DNA from: Clostridia bacterium
GTDB taxonomy: Bacteria > Bacillota > Clostridia > RGIG7378
NCBI GenBank assembly: GCA_017559445.1
Contig: JAFYSJ010000034.1
Location: 270-64,269, forward strand
Length of the DNA stretch: 64,000 nt
Direction: 5' to 3'
Both the position numbers and the translations under genes were made by a program. The notes beneath the pieces were generated by a model. It did no database searches. It was not told where the DNA came from and saw only the letters and a program-made list of their open reading frames with translations. Each line of letters starts with the position of its first letter. The stretch's first letter is position 1. This document shows positions 21,663 through 31,629 of this stretch, piece by piece.

Positions 21663-21905
21663 GTGTTTGGTGTTTAATCATTACTTTGGAACGACCCAAA
21701 GTAACCAAAGGTCGCCCGCTACTTCCGAAGCGCGGGAGGCACGGTTCACTAGCACCAACGGTGCGACCTACTAGCGTAGCGGTTCACTAGCCGAAGGCGG
21801 TTCACTAGCCGAAGGCGGCTACTAGCGAACGAAGTGAGCGGTCACTAGCAACGCTAGTTGCGGTTCACTAACTCCGTGGCTACTAACTCCGTGGTTCACT
21901 AACAA
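21661..21905. repeat. Modular repeat element, locus 2: (GGTGTTT)2 head + 70-nt conserved core (21675-21745) + ~9 (TTCACTAGC + mini-hairpin) modules
   Basis: core identical to 32850-32915; array overlaps the last codons of rqcH. Confidence 0.85.
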
Positions 21906-23634
21906 GCTGTGGTGTCACAACAACTGTATAGTAGTTATCGTAATTTACCATTCCTGGTCTACCACTCTTTGCCTTCTTAACATACTTAATCTTAGTGTAG
22001 TCAACAGAAACCTTGCCTGAGTCAGATCCCTTACTGTAATAAGCTGCAATTTCTGCTGCCTTAATCATTACCTCATCTGGAATCTCTCCCTGCTGCTTAC
22101 GTACAACAACGTGGGATCCTGGCATGTTCTTAGCATGGAACCACATGTCGTTGGAAGATGCCAAATGTAATGTCAAATAATTGTTGGCCAAGCTGTTTCT
22201 ACCAACCAAAATCTCATAACCCATAAAAGTTACAAGCTGTGGTGCATTGGCTTGCTTAGGGTTCTTTTTAGCAGGGACCTTGCGCTTATTCCTAATGTAG
22301 CCCTCCTCTACCAACTCTTCACGAATTGTGAGAACGTCGTTCATGGACTCGCACTGGTCAAGCATATAAAGGGTCTGCTCCAAATACTCAAGCTCTGCCT
22401 CAGAGTTAGCCAACTGCTGAGATGCTGTGGCCATTGTTCTCTTAGCCTTATTGTATTTTTTGTAGTAATTCTGGGCATTTTTCTGCGGAGACATCTGTGG
22501 GTCAAGCTTTACCTTAACCATTTCGGGCATGCCATCCTCGCCAAAAGCACCATAGTAATTGGGTAGCATTACCTCACTTTCCCCACCCTTAATAAGGTAC
22601 ATAGAAGAAGTGATTAAATCTCCGTTAAGTTTCAAAAGGTCCATATCTGCAGCCTGAGAAATAGCTGTTTCCTGGATCTTAATCTTGTTGTTACATCTTG
22701 CTATTGCCTGGCGAACCTGTCTTGCACATCCGCCACGGACACTACCAAGGCGATCTCTAATATCCTTGTCCTTGTAGTATGCGTCTACTGCAGATCTAAG
22801 ATCTGTTGTGTTCTGCACCTTGTCGCCATACTGTGTGAGAGTAATAGCAGAATACTCAACAACTACTCTGCTTGTTGTCTCTCCTCTAATCATGCAAGGA
22901 GTAAACGACTTGTCTACCAACTGCTTGGAAAGAGCTCTTAAAACTCCATCCAACCTGTTTAGTTCATCTTCTGAAAGAGTAGTAGCTTTAGGGTCCAACT
23001 CCGCTCTAAAGGCGATTTCGTCGGCCATGAGTGGTGAAATACCCATAAATGTGTTAATAAGCACATTTCTAAGGGCTGTGGTGCCATCCAAAGTAATCTT
23101 AGATACATCCATTTCCTCTGGATTGAGCTTGTTTTGCTCAGGAGCCATTTCATACTTGCGCATAGGCAAAATTTCTCTGTAAGTATTAACAGATGAGTCT
23201 ACGTGCTTAATGGCGTCTATACATGTACCACCTTCGCTAACGAGGACAATATTGGAATGCTTTCCCATGATCTCCGCAGCCAAGCTACGAATAACCTTGT
23301 CACCCATTTCTGTGGTGGTCTCAAAATCGAAAATGAAAACTCTGTCGTATGGCCTTGTGCGAATATCTACTAATCGTCCACCGCCAATGTACTTGCGCAA
23401 AACCATGCAAAAATTAAGGGGAGTCTTAGGATTCTCCGCCTTGTTTTCTGTAATCTGCACTCTGCAATTGGCTGTGTTGATGTTAAGGAGTAGGCAACAT
23501 GGTTTACCAAGAGAACGCATGTGCAATAATACCTCCTCTGGTGAAGGCATATGTATTTTATCTACTCTTGCTCCTAATAATCTAGACTCTAAGTCGTAAT
23601 AGGTAGCTCTTGCTGTAATTCCGTCAAAACCCAT
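21883..23634 (-). CDS. rqcH: RqcH (Rqc2/NFACT-family ribosome quality-control, Ala-tailing); historically 'fibronectin-binding protein A'
   Basis: 583 aa; NFACT-N start MGFDGITARA...; C-terminal NFACT-R motif DMWFHAKNMPGSHVVV; the C-terminal 7-8 codons lie inside the repeat array. Confidence 0.85.
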   Translation of the reverse strand: MGFDGITARATYYDLESRLLGARVDKIHMPSPEEVLLHMRSLGKPCCLLLNINTANCRVQITENKAENPKTPLNFCMVLRKYIGGGRLVDIRTRPYDRVFIFDFETTTEMGDKVIRSLAAEIMGKHSNIVLVSEGGTCIDAIKHVDSSVNTYREILPMRKYEMAPEQNKLNPEEMDVSKITLDGTTALRNVLINTFMGISPLMADEIAFRAELDPKATTLSEDELNRLDGVLRALSKQLVDKSFTPCMIRGETTSRVVVEYSAITLTQYGDKVQNTTDLRSAVDAYYKDKDIRDRLGSVRGGCARQVRQAIARCNNKIKIQETAISQAADMDLLKLNGDLITSSMYLIKGGESEVMLPNYYGAFGEDGMPEMVKVKLDPQMSPQKNAQNYYKKYNKAKRTMATASQQLANSEAELEYLEQTLYMLDQCESMNDVLTIREELVEEGYIRNKRKVPAKKNPKQANAPQLVTFMGYEILVGRNSLANNYLTLHLASSNDMWFHAKNMPGSHVVVRKQQGEIPDEVMIKAAEIAAYYSKGSDSGKVSVDYTKIKYVKKAKSGRPGMVNYDNYYTVVVTPQLVSEPRS

Positions 23635-23654
23635 ATTTTTTAGTTATCCGTTCG

Positions 23655-23830
23655 TTTCACTCACTAGTGAAACGCTTCGCTAGTGATCCGCGCTATCGCG
23701 CTAGTAGGCCACCTTCGGCTAGTGAGCCGCTTCGCTAGTGATCCGCTTCGCTAGTGATCCGCGCTATCGCGCTAGTAGGCCGCCTTCGGCTAGTAGGCCG
23801 CTTCGCTAGTGATCCGCTTCGCTAGTGATT
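23655..23830. repeat. Modular repeat array, locus 3 (reverse orientation, GCTAGTGA + mini-hairpin), ~11 modules, no core
   Basis: seen directly; hairpin types CCGCTTC, CCGCGCTATCGC, GCC(A/G)CCTTCGGC. Confidence 0.85.
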
Positions 23831-23839
23831 TGTTTTCAC

Positions 23840-24502
23840 TTAATCAAACAAATGCAATCTTTCTTCTCTATTTGTAGCGCCAAAGATCCAAGAACCTGCA
23901 ACCAAAACTTCGCAGCCTGCATTCTTGCAAAGCATACCAGTCTCATCGTTAATACCACCGTCAACAGAAACGATAGCATCCTGTTTGCCATTCTCATCCA
24001 AAATCTTGCGCACTTCTGCAATCTTCTGCTCGCTGCCCTCGATATATGACTGACCACCAAAACCTGGCTCTACAGACATAACGAGGACCTCATCAAGAAG
24101 GTCCACAAGAGGCAAAATTGCCTCTGCAGGAGTCTTAGGCTTAATGGAGATTCCTGCCTTGCATCCAAGGGAATGAATCTTCTCAAGGCACTCTCTGCCA
24201 CCAGACAAAGACTCAATATGTACAATAATAATATCGCAACCAATCTTAGCGAAATCCTCTACGTACTTGATTGGGTCAATAATCATAAGGTGAGCATCAA
24301 AGATCATATCGGGGAACATTTTGCGTACCTGCTTCACTACAGGTGCACCAAAGGAAATGTTTGGCACAAACTGTCCATCCATTACATCTACGTGAATTCT
24401 CTCACATCCTGCGTCTCTAAGGTTTGCGATTTCCTCGCCAAGCTTAGAAAAATCTGCTGACAAAATAGAAGGTGCAACTATGGTCTTTCTCATCTTACTC
24501 AC
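23840..24502 (-). CDS. rpe: Ribulose-phosphate 3-epimerase
   Basis: 220 aa; APSILSADFSKLGEEI, HVDVMDGQFVPN, TIM-barrel family. Confidence 0.93.
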   Translation of the reverse strand: MSKMRKTIVAPSILSADFSKLGEEIANLRDAGCERIHVDVMDGQFVPNISFGAPVVKQVRKMFPDMIFDAHLMIIDPIKYVEDFAKIGCDIIIVHIESLSGGRECLEKIHSLGCKAGISIKPKTPAEAILPLVDLLDEVLVMSVEPGFGGQSYIEGSEQKIAEVRKILDENGKQDAIVSVDGGINDETGMLCKNAGCEVLVAGSWIFGATNREERLHLFD

Positions 24503-25388
24503 TCCATTTACTTTTCTTTAATGATTGGGATAATTCCAAATATCTCTGGTATCTTTCCTGGTCGATTTCGCCGGATTCTACCCTTGCTTTTACAGCACAC
24601 TCTGGCTCGTTCTCATGACGACAATCGGAGAATTTGCACAAGTGACTGCACTCCTCGAACTCAGGATAATAATTCTTGAGCTCGTATCTAAAAACGCCTT
24701 CGTTAACAAAGTTTGTAAATCCAGGGGTGTCTACTATGTAGTGTCCTGCCTCTGTCATTACAAGCTCTGCATGACGAGTTGTATTCTTACCCTTTTGGAT
24801 CTTAGCGGAAAGATCGCCTCTCAACATGTGTTCCTGACCAAGGATCAGGTTAACTACTGTGGACTTACCTACTCCAGACTGTCCTGTCAAAACTGTTGTT
24901 CCGCAGTCAGAAAGGGCATTCATCAAGGTCTCTCTACTCTTTTCTGGTTCAGCTGTGGCTGAAATGCCCACAACTCTGTAGCCAATTCTTTCGTAGCAAG
25001 CCTTGACCTTTGCCAAATGCTTACCGCCATCCAAATCCATCTTGTTAATCAAGATAATAGGTCTAATGCCCTTAATCTCTGCCAACACCAAAAGCTTGTC
25101 CAACAAGTACATGTCTGGTGTGGGATGGTCAGATGCCATTACGATCAAGAGAGCATCTATATTTGCTGCCTGTGGTCTGTAAATAGAGTTCTTGCGAGGA
25201 AGAATCTCGTCAATTACGCTGAGGCCCTGCTTTTCGATGGCTATCTTAACCTTATCTCCTGGAAGAGGGGAAATATGCTCTTTGCGGAAACTTCCCCTTG
25301 CCTTGCATTCGATAACCTGGTCTCCAGTATTTACCTGATAAATACCGCCTACGCCTTTTTCAATTATTCCAATAACACTTTGGCTCAT
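24495..25388 (-). CDS. rsgA: Ribosome small-subunit-dependent GTPase A
   Basis: 297 aa; circularly permuted GTPase (GQSGVGKST) and C-terminal zinc finger C..C..H..C; overlaps rpe by 8 nt. Confidence 0.9.
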   Translation of the reverse strand: MSQSVIGIIEKGVGGIYQVNTGDQVIECKARGSFRKEHISPLPGDKVKIAIEKQGLSVIDEILPRKNSIYRPQAANIDALLIVMASDHPTPDMYLLDKLLVLAEIKGIRPIILINKMDLDGGKHLAKVKACYERIGYRVVGISATAEPEKSRETLMNALSDCGTTVLTGQSGVGKSTVVNLILGQEHMLRGDLSAKIQKGKNTTRHAELVMTEAGHYIVDTPGFTNFVNEGVFRYELKNYYPEFEECSHLCKFSDCRHENEPECAVKARVESGEIDQERYQRYLELSQSLKKSKWSE

Positions 25389-25389
25389 A

Positions 25390-28263
25390 TTACTCCGTTA
25401 CTTCTGTCTGAGATGCTGCAGGTGTAGATGCGTCCTGTGTCTCTTCTGGTGTCACATCCTGAGTTGGTTCAGAACCACCCTGAGTTTGCTCTGGAGGAAC
25501 ATCCTGTGTGTCCTCTGGAGGCACGTCCTGTGTCTGCTCTGGAGGAACATCCTCTGTGTTCTCTACTGGTGGCTCTGTCACTACTGGAGGTGTGTATTCC
25601 TCTGTAACTGTATTAACAAGTTCACCATCGTAGTAAATATAAATCCTAGAATCACCTGTTGTTACAGGAATATCCAAAGAAATATTGCTGTTCATCTGGT
25701 AGGCCATAAGCTGTACATTGTAGATTTCCTGAGCAATTGTGCCATCTGCAGTAACAACGGTAATCTGTACAAGAACCTTGTCAGATGTGAGAGCATTATC
25801 AGGTTTCTTCAAATATACGCTTGTATTAATTGTGGTTGCGTCTACTGTATTAAATGTAAGATTTACAGCTGCGCCAGCGGCAATACCTGAACCAACTTCT
25901 GGATTAGCAGATGCAACTGTTGAATAGAAGGCACCTGTACCATTCTTAGCAATTGTTCCAAGTGTCAATCCTGCATTAGTAAGAGCCTTCACGGCATCGT
26001 TATATGTCATACCAACAACATTTGGAACATAAATCTTCTTGCCCAAACTTACTGTAATAACAACCTTATCGCCCTTCTTGACCTCTGTGCCAACGCCAGG
26101 ATTTACATCAATAACTGTATCTGCCTCATATGTATCGCTATAGTCGTATACATACTCAATCTTTACTTCAAGCTGGTTAAGCAAAGCTACTGTATCTGCA
26201 ACTGACTGACCAATACAATCTGGTACAACCTTCTCAAATGTTTCGCCAAAGTCAGCATAGTTTTCACCATCTACATAGATAGTAACAAATGTTTCCTTAT
26301 CCATTACAAATGGAAGATCTACTGTTATCTCTAATGGGAACTGACTAAGTCTATAGTTATCGTTAGAAACAACATACTCTGTTGTCTCGCCCTTAACTAC
26401 AGCAACAATCTTAACATTAATACCCTGTGCAGGAGCATAAGTTCCCTCATAGTTAACAGTATACTTTCTGCTCTGCTTAAGGTACTTAGTAAAGTCAGGC
26501 TTCAAATCATCTGTCTTGTCGCCACCTTCTGTTACGTCCTCAGTCTTATCATTGCTACCGTGTTCATTCTTAATAAGCTTAAGGTAGATATCTACTGCTG
26601 TGCCTGCATCAACCTCTTCACCAATTGCTGGAACTGTGTAATCTACTACAACTGTGTAATCTACATAGTCACTTGGATCTGGAGAAACTGTACCAACCTT
26701 AAGGCCAGCCTTAATAAGTTCTGTATATGCTGCTCTCTGTGAGAAACCAGTAATATCTGGAACAACAATCTTCTCGTTAGATGGTCCCTTACTTACGTAA
26801 ACAAATACATTTGTGCCATAAATTGCATTAGTACCCATTTCTGGATATGTGGCTGCTACGTAACCAATTGCAACTGTATCTGAGAAAGTCTCATCAAATG
26901 TAACCTGGAGACCAAGTCCATTTAAAATATTTTCTACCTCTCTCTTGTCCTTACCCTCAAGATTGTCTGGAATCTGTACATACTGAGGTCCACGGCTTAC
27001 TACGAACTTAACTCTAACAAGGTTACTGTTCTTAGTAATCTGCTCGCCAACAGGTGTCTCCTGACGAATAATGTAACCCTCTGCTACCTCTGTGCTGTAC
27101 TCATATGTTGGATCTGTGAAAACGCCAATGTTATTGAGTTCTTCCACAACCTCTGAATATTTCTTACCTGTGAAATCCTGTACAACGTAAATTTCCTTAG
27201 GAGATGTTGTAAGAACCGGCAAAATAACCTGTGCTACTACATAGTAAACAGATGTGCCCAATGCGAAGAGGATTGTCAATGCAATTAAAATCTTAGTGAA
27301 ATTACTAAGGAAATATGACTTATGACCTTCTCCTGGATCGTCCTCATCCACCTTTTTCTTCTCAGCCTTAGTCTTGGTCTTCTGCTTAGGAGTCTCTGTC
27401 TCTTCTGGAGCCTGACCTGCTGGAATAAATGCAATATCGTATGCTGGATCGTCCATAATAGCTCTAATATCATCCAAGAGCTCGCCTACGGACTGGTAAC
27501 GATTCTTAGGATTCTTCTCGATACACTTCATTACGATATCGTTAAGGCCCTGCGGAATCTGGTCGTTAAGATAGAAGGGAGCAACAGGTGCCTCCTTAAT
27601 ATGCATAAGTGCAATAGAAACTGGGTTGTCTCCGTCAAATGGCAGCTTACCTGTCAATGTCTCGTACATGGAAATACCCATGGAGTAAATGTCGGAGCGC
27701 TCGTCAACTGGTCTACCCTGTGCCTGCTCTGGTGAGAAATAGTGAACAGAACCCATATTTGTTGTACTCAAATTAATGGTAGAAGAGTTCATGGCTATGG
27801 CGATACCAAAGTCTGTAACCTTAATCTTACCCTCACGTGTGAGCAAAATATTCTTGGGCTTAATATCTCTATGGATAAGGCTGTGTTGGTGAGCATTCTC
27901 AATAGCAAGACCTACCTGCAAGTAGATATCTACTGCATACTGCCATGCAATTGGACCATTCTTATCAATGAGCTCCTGTACATCAATACCATCGATATAT
28001 TCCATAACAATATAATGGAGGCCATTTTCTTCGCCTACATCATATACGGAAACTACATTTGGATGATTAATGCTTGCAGCGGACTTAGCCTCGTGATTGA
28101 AGTTCAAAATGAACTCCTCGTCACCGCTAAACTCCTGCTTCAATATTTTAACTGTAACAGCACGATTAAGGAGAACGTCATTTCCCCTAAACACCTGGGC
28201 CATACCTCCCACTCCAAGTGGTTCTTCCAACAGGTATCTGTCTGCTATCAACTGTCCGATCAT
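25390..28263 (-). CDS. prkC: Ser/Thr protein kinase PrkC-type with TM and extracellular PASTA domains, unusually long Pro/Glu/Thr/Gln-repeat C-terminus
   Basis: 957 aa; Hanks kinase motifs (GVGGMAQVF, HRDIKPKNILL, DFGIA); TM; PASTA repeats; tail PPEQTQDVPPEDTQDV.. Confidence 0.9.
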   Translation of the reverse strand: MIGQLIADRYLLEEPLGVGGMAQVFRGNDVLLNRAVTVKILKQEFSGDEEFILNFNHEAKSAASINHPNVVSVYDVGEENGLHYIVMEYIDGIDVQELIDKNGPIAWQYAVDIYLQVGLAIENAHQHSLIHRDIKPKNILLTREGKIKVTDFGIAIAMNSSTINLSTTNMGSVHYFSPEQAQGRPVDERSDIYSMGISMYETLTGKLPFDGDNPVSIALMHIKEAPVAPFYLNDQIPQGLNDIVMKCIEKNPKNRYQSVGELLDDIRAIMDDPAYDIAFIPAGQAPEETETPKQKTKTKAEKKKVDEDDPGEGHKSYFLSNFTKILIALTILFALGTSVYYVVAQVILPVLTTSPKEIYVVQDFTGKKYSEVVEELNNIGVFTDPTYEYSTEVAEGYIIRQETPVGEQITKNSNLVRVKFVVSRGPQYVQIPDNLEGKDKREVENILNGLGLQVTFDETFSDTVAIGYVAATYPEMGTNAIYGTNVFVYVSKGPSNEKIVVPDITGFSQRAAYTELIKAGLKVGTVSPDPSDYVDYTVVVDYTVPAIGEEVDAGTAVDIYLKLIKNEHGSNDKTEDVTEGGDKTDDLKPDFTKYLKQSRKYTVNYEGTYAPAQGINVKIVAVVKGETTEYVVSNDNYRLSQFPLEITVDLPFVMDKETFVTIYVDGENYADFGETFEKVVPDCIGQSVADTVALLNQLEVKIEYVYDYSDTYEADTVIDVNPGVGTEVKKGDKVVITVSLGKKIYVPNVVGMTYNDAVKALTNAGLTLGTIAKNGTGAFYSTVASANPEVGSGIAAGAAVNLTFNTVDATTINTSVYLKKPDNALTSDKVLVQITVVTADGTIAQEIYNVQLMAYQMNSNISLDIPVTTGDSRIYIYYDGELVNTVTEEYTPPVVTEPPVENTEDVPPEQTQDVPPEDTQDVPPEQTQGGSEPTQDVTPEETQDASTPAASQTEVTE

Positions 28264-29036
28264 TACTTCTTACCTCTTACTAAAATTAGGCTTATATTAT
28301 CTAGTCCGCCATTTTTGTTTGCATCCTTAACAAGGGCATCGCAAATGACTTTCAAGTTAAATTCTACGTTCTTGAAACCACCCTGCTCAAGCTTGGCTTC
28401 AATACGCTCCTCTGTGAGCATGTTTGTCAAACCATCACTACAAAGCAAGTATCCGTCATAGTCCTCGGTTACCTCTACTACAGAAGCTACAATGGAGCTC
28501 TCTGTGCCAATAGCCTTGGTAATGGCGTTTTTCTTAGGGTGCTGGCGAGCTTCCTCTGGAGTAATCTGTCCGAGATCAATCAGCATCTGTACGTAGGAGT
28601 CATCCTTAGATATCTGAGTGAGCTTATTATCCTTAATTCCATAAATTCTGCTGTCACCTACCCATGTTGCAAAGACCTTATGACCAATGTGCAAAATCGC
28701 AACAAAGGTGGAGCCCATACCAGAACAAGCTGGGTTAACAACGGAATATGTAAACACACCCATGTTTATGTCTCTAACCATCTTAGAAATAAGTGCTGTG
28801 GTCTGCTGAGAGCTAGGATTGGAACGCTTAACTTCCCAGTCCTCCATAATCTCCATGGCAAGTCTAACTGCAATCTTGCTAGCTACGTCTCCTGCATTGT
28901 GACCGCCCATTCCATCAGCTATCACAAATCCTTCAAGGTTATTAGCTCTGTACACACCAAAAAAATCCTCGTTGAGGGTTCGACGTTTACCAACATTGTA
29001 ACCTACGGCGTAATCCACGAAAGTTGCCTCCATCAT
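28263..29036 (-). CDS. prpC: PP2C-family Ser/Thr phosphatase (Stp/PrpC), partner of PrkC
   Basis: 257 aa; DGMGGHNAGDVAS; stop overlaps prkC start. Confidence 0.9.
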   Translation of the reverse strand: MMEATFVDYAVGYNVGKRRTLNEDFFGVYRANNLEGFVIADGMGGHNAGDVASKIAVRLAMEIMEDWEVKRSNPSSQQTTALISKMVRDINMGVFTYSVVNPACSGMGSTFVAILHIGHKVFATWVGDSRIYGIKDNKLTQISKDDSYVQMLIDLGQITPEEARQHPKKNAITKAIGTESSIVASVVEVTEDYDGYLLCSDGLTNMLTEERIEAKLEQGGFKNVEFNLKVICDALVKDANKNGGLDNISLILVRGKK

Positions 29037-29138
29037 AAAATCTATCTAAGTATTATACTCCAGAATACAATCTAATACAAAGGGTCTTTGTTTTTATCTC
29101 TACAAATCAAAAAACCTGCCCTTAGGACAGGTCCTCTG

Positions 29139-29900
29139 TTATTCATCGTATGCAATTTCCTTAGGTGTTTTGGGAGAAATGAGCAACCTAAATGCAAATG
29201 CAGCCAAAACAGCGCCAAGCATAGGTCCTACTACAAAGATCCAAAGGCAGGACAATGTATTTGGGTTGCCTGTAATAGCGGCCACAACTGCAGGTCCGAT
29301 GGATCTAGCTGGGTTAACAGATGTGCCTGTAAGTCCAATTCCCAAAATATGTACAACAGTTAATCCAAGTCCTACCACAAGGCCAGACACTGCAGCATTT
29401 GCCTTCTTGGAGCAAACTGTGAGCACCAAAAGAACAAAGATAAATGTGAGCACAATCTCAACTACTAATCCTGCAATAGAGCTATTCCCCACTCCTGCCA
29501 AGCCATTTGCACCAAATCCAAGGTAATCTCCCTGAAGGCCTGTGGCTGTAACCTTACCTGTAAGGTCAGTCTTTTTGCCAAGGATAAACACAAGCGCTAA
29601 AAGTCCTGAGCCTGCAAAACCACCTACAATCTGAGCAATTACGTACTTAATAAAATCCCTAAGTGTCATCTTGCCACAAAGATATGTCGCGAAAGAAACT
29701 GCTGGGTTAATGTGACATCCAGAAATGTTGCCAATGGTGTACGCCATAGCCATAAGTGCCAAGCCAAAGGCCAACGCTGTAAGGACGTATCCTCCACCAA
29801 AGCTATATGAACATCCAACTGTCATTGCTGTACCGCACCCCAAAACAACAAGTACCATTGTGCCCAATGCCTCAGCAACGTATTTGCGCATATTGCTCAT
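29139..29900 (-). CDS. MIP-family channel (aquaporin / glycerol facilitator)
   Basis: two NPA boxes (SGCHINPAVS, NPARS), six TM helices; ATG at 29900 with GGAGG RBS. Confidence 0.9.
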   Translation of the reverse strand: MSNMRKYVAEALGTMVLVVLGCGTAMTVGCSYSFGGGYVLTALAFGLALMAMAYTIGNISGCHINPAVSFATYLCGKMTLRDFIKYVIAQIVGGFAGSGLLALVFILGKKTDLTGKVTATGLQGDYLGFGANGLAGVGNSSIAGLVVEIVLTFIFVLLVLTVCSKKANAAVSGLVVGLGLTVVHILGIGLTGTSVNPARSIGPAVVAAITGNPNTLSCLWIFVVGPMLGAVLAAFAFRLLISPKTPKEIAYDE

Positions 29901-30023
29901 AAAAACCTCCAAAAATCATGTGAATTAAGTATAGCATCTCCACCTACTTTATCCAACTCATACTTACTAAACGAAACAAGTCCATATTTTGTTCATAAAT
30001 GGGTAAACTATTTTAGATATTTT

Positions 30024-30710
30024 TTGAATTTGGAAGAACACGTGTTCAAAATCATACTTACATCCCTGCTTTCTGTGTGTTCCCTGTTTGTTATCGCAAA
30101 AGCGATGGGACATAAACAAGTTTCTCAGCTAGACTTTTTCGACTACATTAGTGGCATTACCATTGGCTCCATCGCTGCAGAAACTGCAACAGATTTGGAA
30201 TCTCCCTGGAAATCCCTAATCGCCTTAGCTGTATATGGTCTTATCTCTATTTTGCTCAACAAAATCACAGCCTTGTTTCCTCGCACTCGTAAATATATTA
30301 ACGGTTCGCCTGCAATCTTACTTCATAAAGGAAAACTTTATCGAAAAAATCTCAAAAAAGCCAAACTGGATTTGTCTGAATTTCTCATGTTATGTCGAGA
30401 ACAGGGTTACTTTGACTTGCGCGAGATATCTACTGCTGTCTTTGAGTATAACGGAAGGTTATCCATCCTCCCCTGCTCAGATACAAGACCCCTTTGCCCA
30501 CAGGACATGCACCTTAAGCCTGACGAAGCTGAGTTTGGCATAGAAATAATAATGGATGGAAGGATTATGGGAGACAATTTAAACAGAGCTAACTTAGACG
30601 AGAACTGGTTAATCTCTAAACTACAAGAAAAAGGCTACCAAAACTCAAAACAGATTTTACTAGCCATTTACTTTAAGAAAGAAACTAATTTAGTTTTGTT
30701 TGAGAAATAA
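30024..30710 (+). CDS. DUF421 (YetF-like) membrane protein
   Basis: 228 aa; N-terminal TMs, ..INGSPAILLHKGKLYRKNLKKAKLDLSEFLMLCREQGYFDLREISTAVFEYNGRLSI.. Confidence 0.7.
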   Translation: MNLEEHVFKIILTSLLSVCSLFVIAKAMGHKQVSQLDFFDYISGITIGSIAAETATDLESPWKSLIALAVYGLISILLNKITALFPRTRKYINGSPAILLHKGKLYRKNLKKAKLDLSEFLMLCREQGYFDLREISTAVFEYNGRLSILPCSDTRPLCPQDMHLKPDEAEFGIEIIMDGRIMGDNLNRANLDENWLISKLQEKGYQNSKQILLAIYFKKETNLVLFEK

Positions 30711-30740
30711 AAAAGCACTTGTGTTTCCACAAGTGCTTCT
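30708..30740 (-). terminator. Hairpin (AGCACTTGTG-tttc-CACAAGTGCT) with U-run on minus, downstream of tRNA-Trp
   Basis: hairpin plus T-tract on the minus strand. Confidence 0.5.
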
Positions 30741-30815
30741 GGCAGGGGAGACAGGACTCGAACCTGCAGCCGACGGTTTTGGAGACCGCTACTCTACCAA
30801 TTGCGCTACTCCCCT
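30740..30815 (-). tRNA. tRNA-Trp (anticodon CCA)
   Basis: revcomp folds as AGGGGAG..GGTCTCCAAAACC..GGTTCGAGTCC..CTCCCCTGCCA; anticodon loop CTCCAAA. Confidence 0.9.
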
Positions 30816-30871
30816 ACGAGCGCGAACTATTGCATTATAACTACTTAATACCTCTCTGTCAATGAGAAGAA

Positions 30872-31168
30872 TTAAAACTGTGTGAAAATATCTATCTCAG
30901 CGACAAATACTACGGCACTACCAACTACGATTGGCTTAGTTGGGTCAACTTCTCTATAAACCTTCCTAGCCTCGTGACAGTATCTGCCAATAATCTCAAG
31001 CACATCGTCTACTCTGTTGTCCTCAACAGCTGCGAACAATGTGGAGTTCTCTCCATTAAGGAATCCACCGTAGGAATCTGTCTGAGTCACAGGATGTCCC
31101 ATGGCTGTCATCTCGTCCATGATGACCTTAGTATCCTCTTTGTTAACTACAGTTACAATCAGCTTCAT
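30872..31168 (-). CDS. darA: DarA (YaaQ/PstA)-family PII-like cyclic-di-AMP receptor, paralog 2
   Basis: 98 aa; MKLIVTVVNKEDTKVIMDEMTAMGHPVTQTDSYGGFLNGENSTLFAAVED aligns with B. subtilis YaaQ/DarA. Confidence 0.75.
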   Translation of the reverse strand: MKLIVTVVNKEDTKVIMDEMTAMGHPVTQTDSYGGFLNGENSTLFAAVEDNRVDDVLEIIGRYCHEARKVYREVDPTKPIVVGSAVVFVAEIDIFTQF

Positions 31169-31176
31169 GACAAAAC

Positions 31177-31503
31177 CTACATCTTAAGATATCTCTCTAC
31201 GTTAAGCACCAAAATGGTTGCTCCGCCGATGTCAACGAGAGTCTTCTCTTCTTCCTTAATCTGGTCCTCAGGCTTGTCGGCACCTAAGTAAACCATCTTA
31301 GTTCTACCATGGCACTGCTCCTTCATGCACTCTACAAAGGAATCTACTCTGTGATCCTCGATAGCGCACATAAGAGTTGTATTCTCCTCTCTAAGGAAAC
31401 CACCTGAAGTCTTAAGCTTAGTAGTTCTAAAATTATTATCGCAAAGAGCCTCAACGATGTTCTTCTCTTCGTCTGTATTAACTATGGCAAAAACTAACTT
31501 CAT
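31177..31503 (-). CDS. darA: DarA (YaaQ)-family PII-like cyclic-di-AMP receptor, paralog 1
   Basis: MKLVFAIVNTDEEKNIVEALCDNNFRTTKLKTSGGFLREENTTLMCAIEDHRVD.. (from memory, close to B. subtilis DarA); ATG at 31503 with GGAGG RBS. Confidence 0.8.
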   Translation of the reverse strand: MKLVFAIVNTDEEKNIVEALCDNNFRTTKLKTSGGFLREENTTLMCAIEDHRVDSFVECMKEQCHGRTKMVYLGADKPEDQIKEEEKTLVDIGGATILVLNVERYLKM

Positions 31504-31629
31504 TAGTCCTCCGACAAAATCAAACAAAAATAATGGATACGGACCATTTTAGCACCGTAATCCATTAAGTCAAGAGTGTCTACAATTGTAATACAAAAGC
31601 GTAAACAATATTACATTTACTAAATATAT

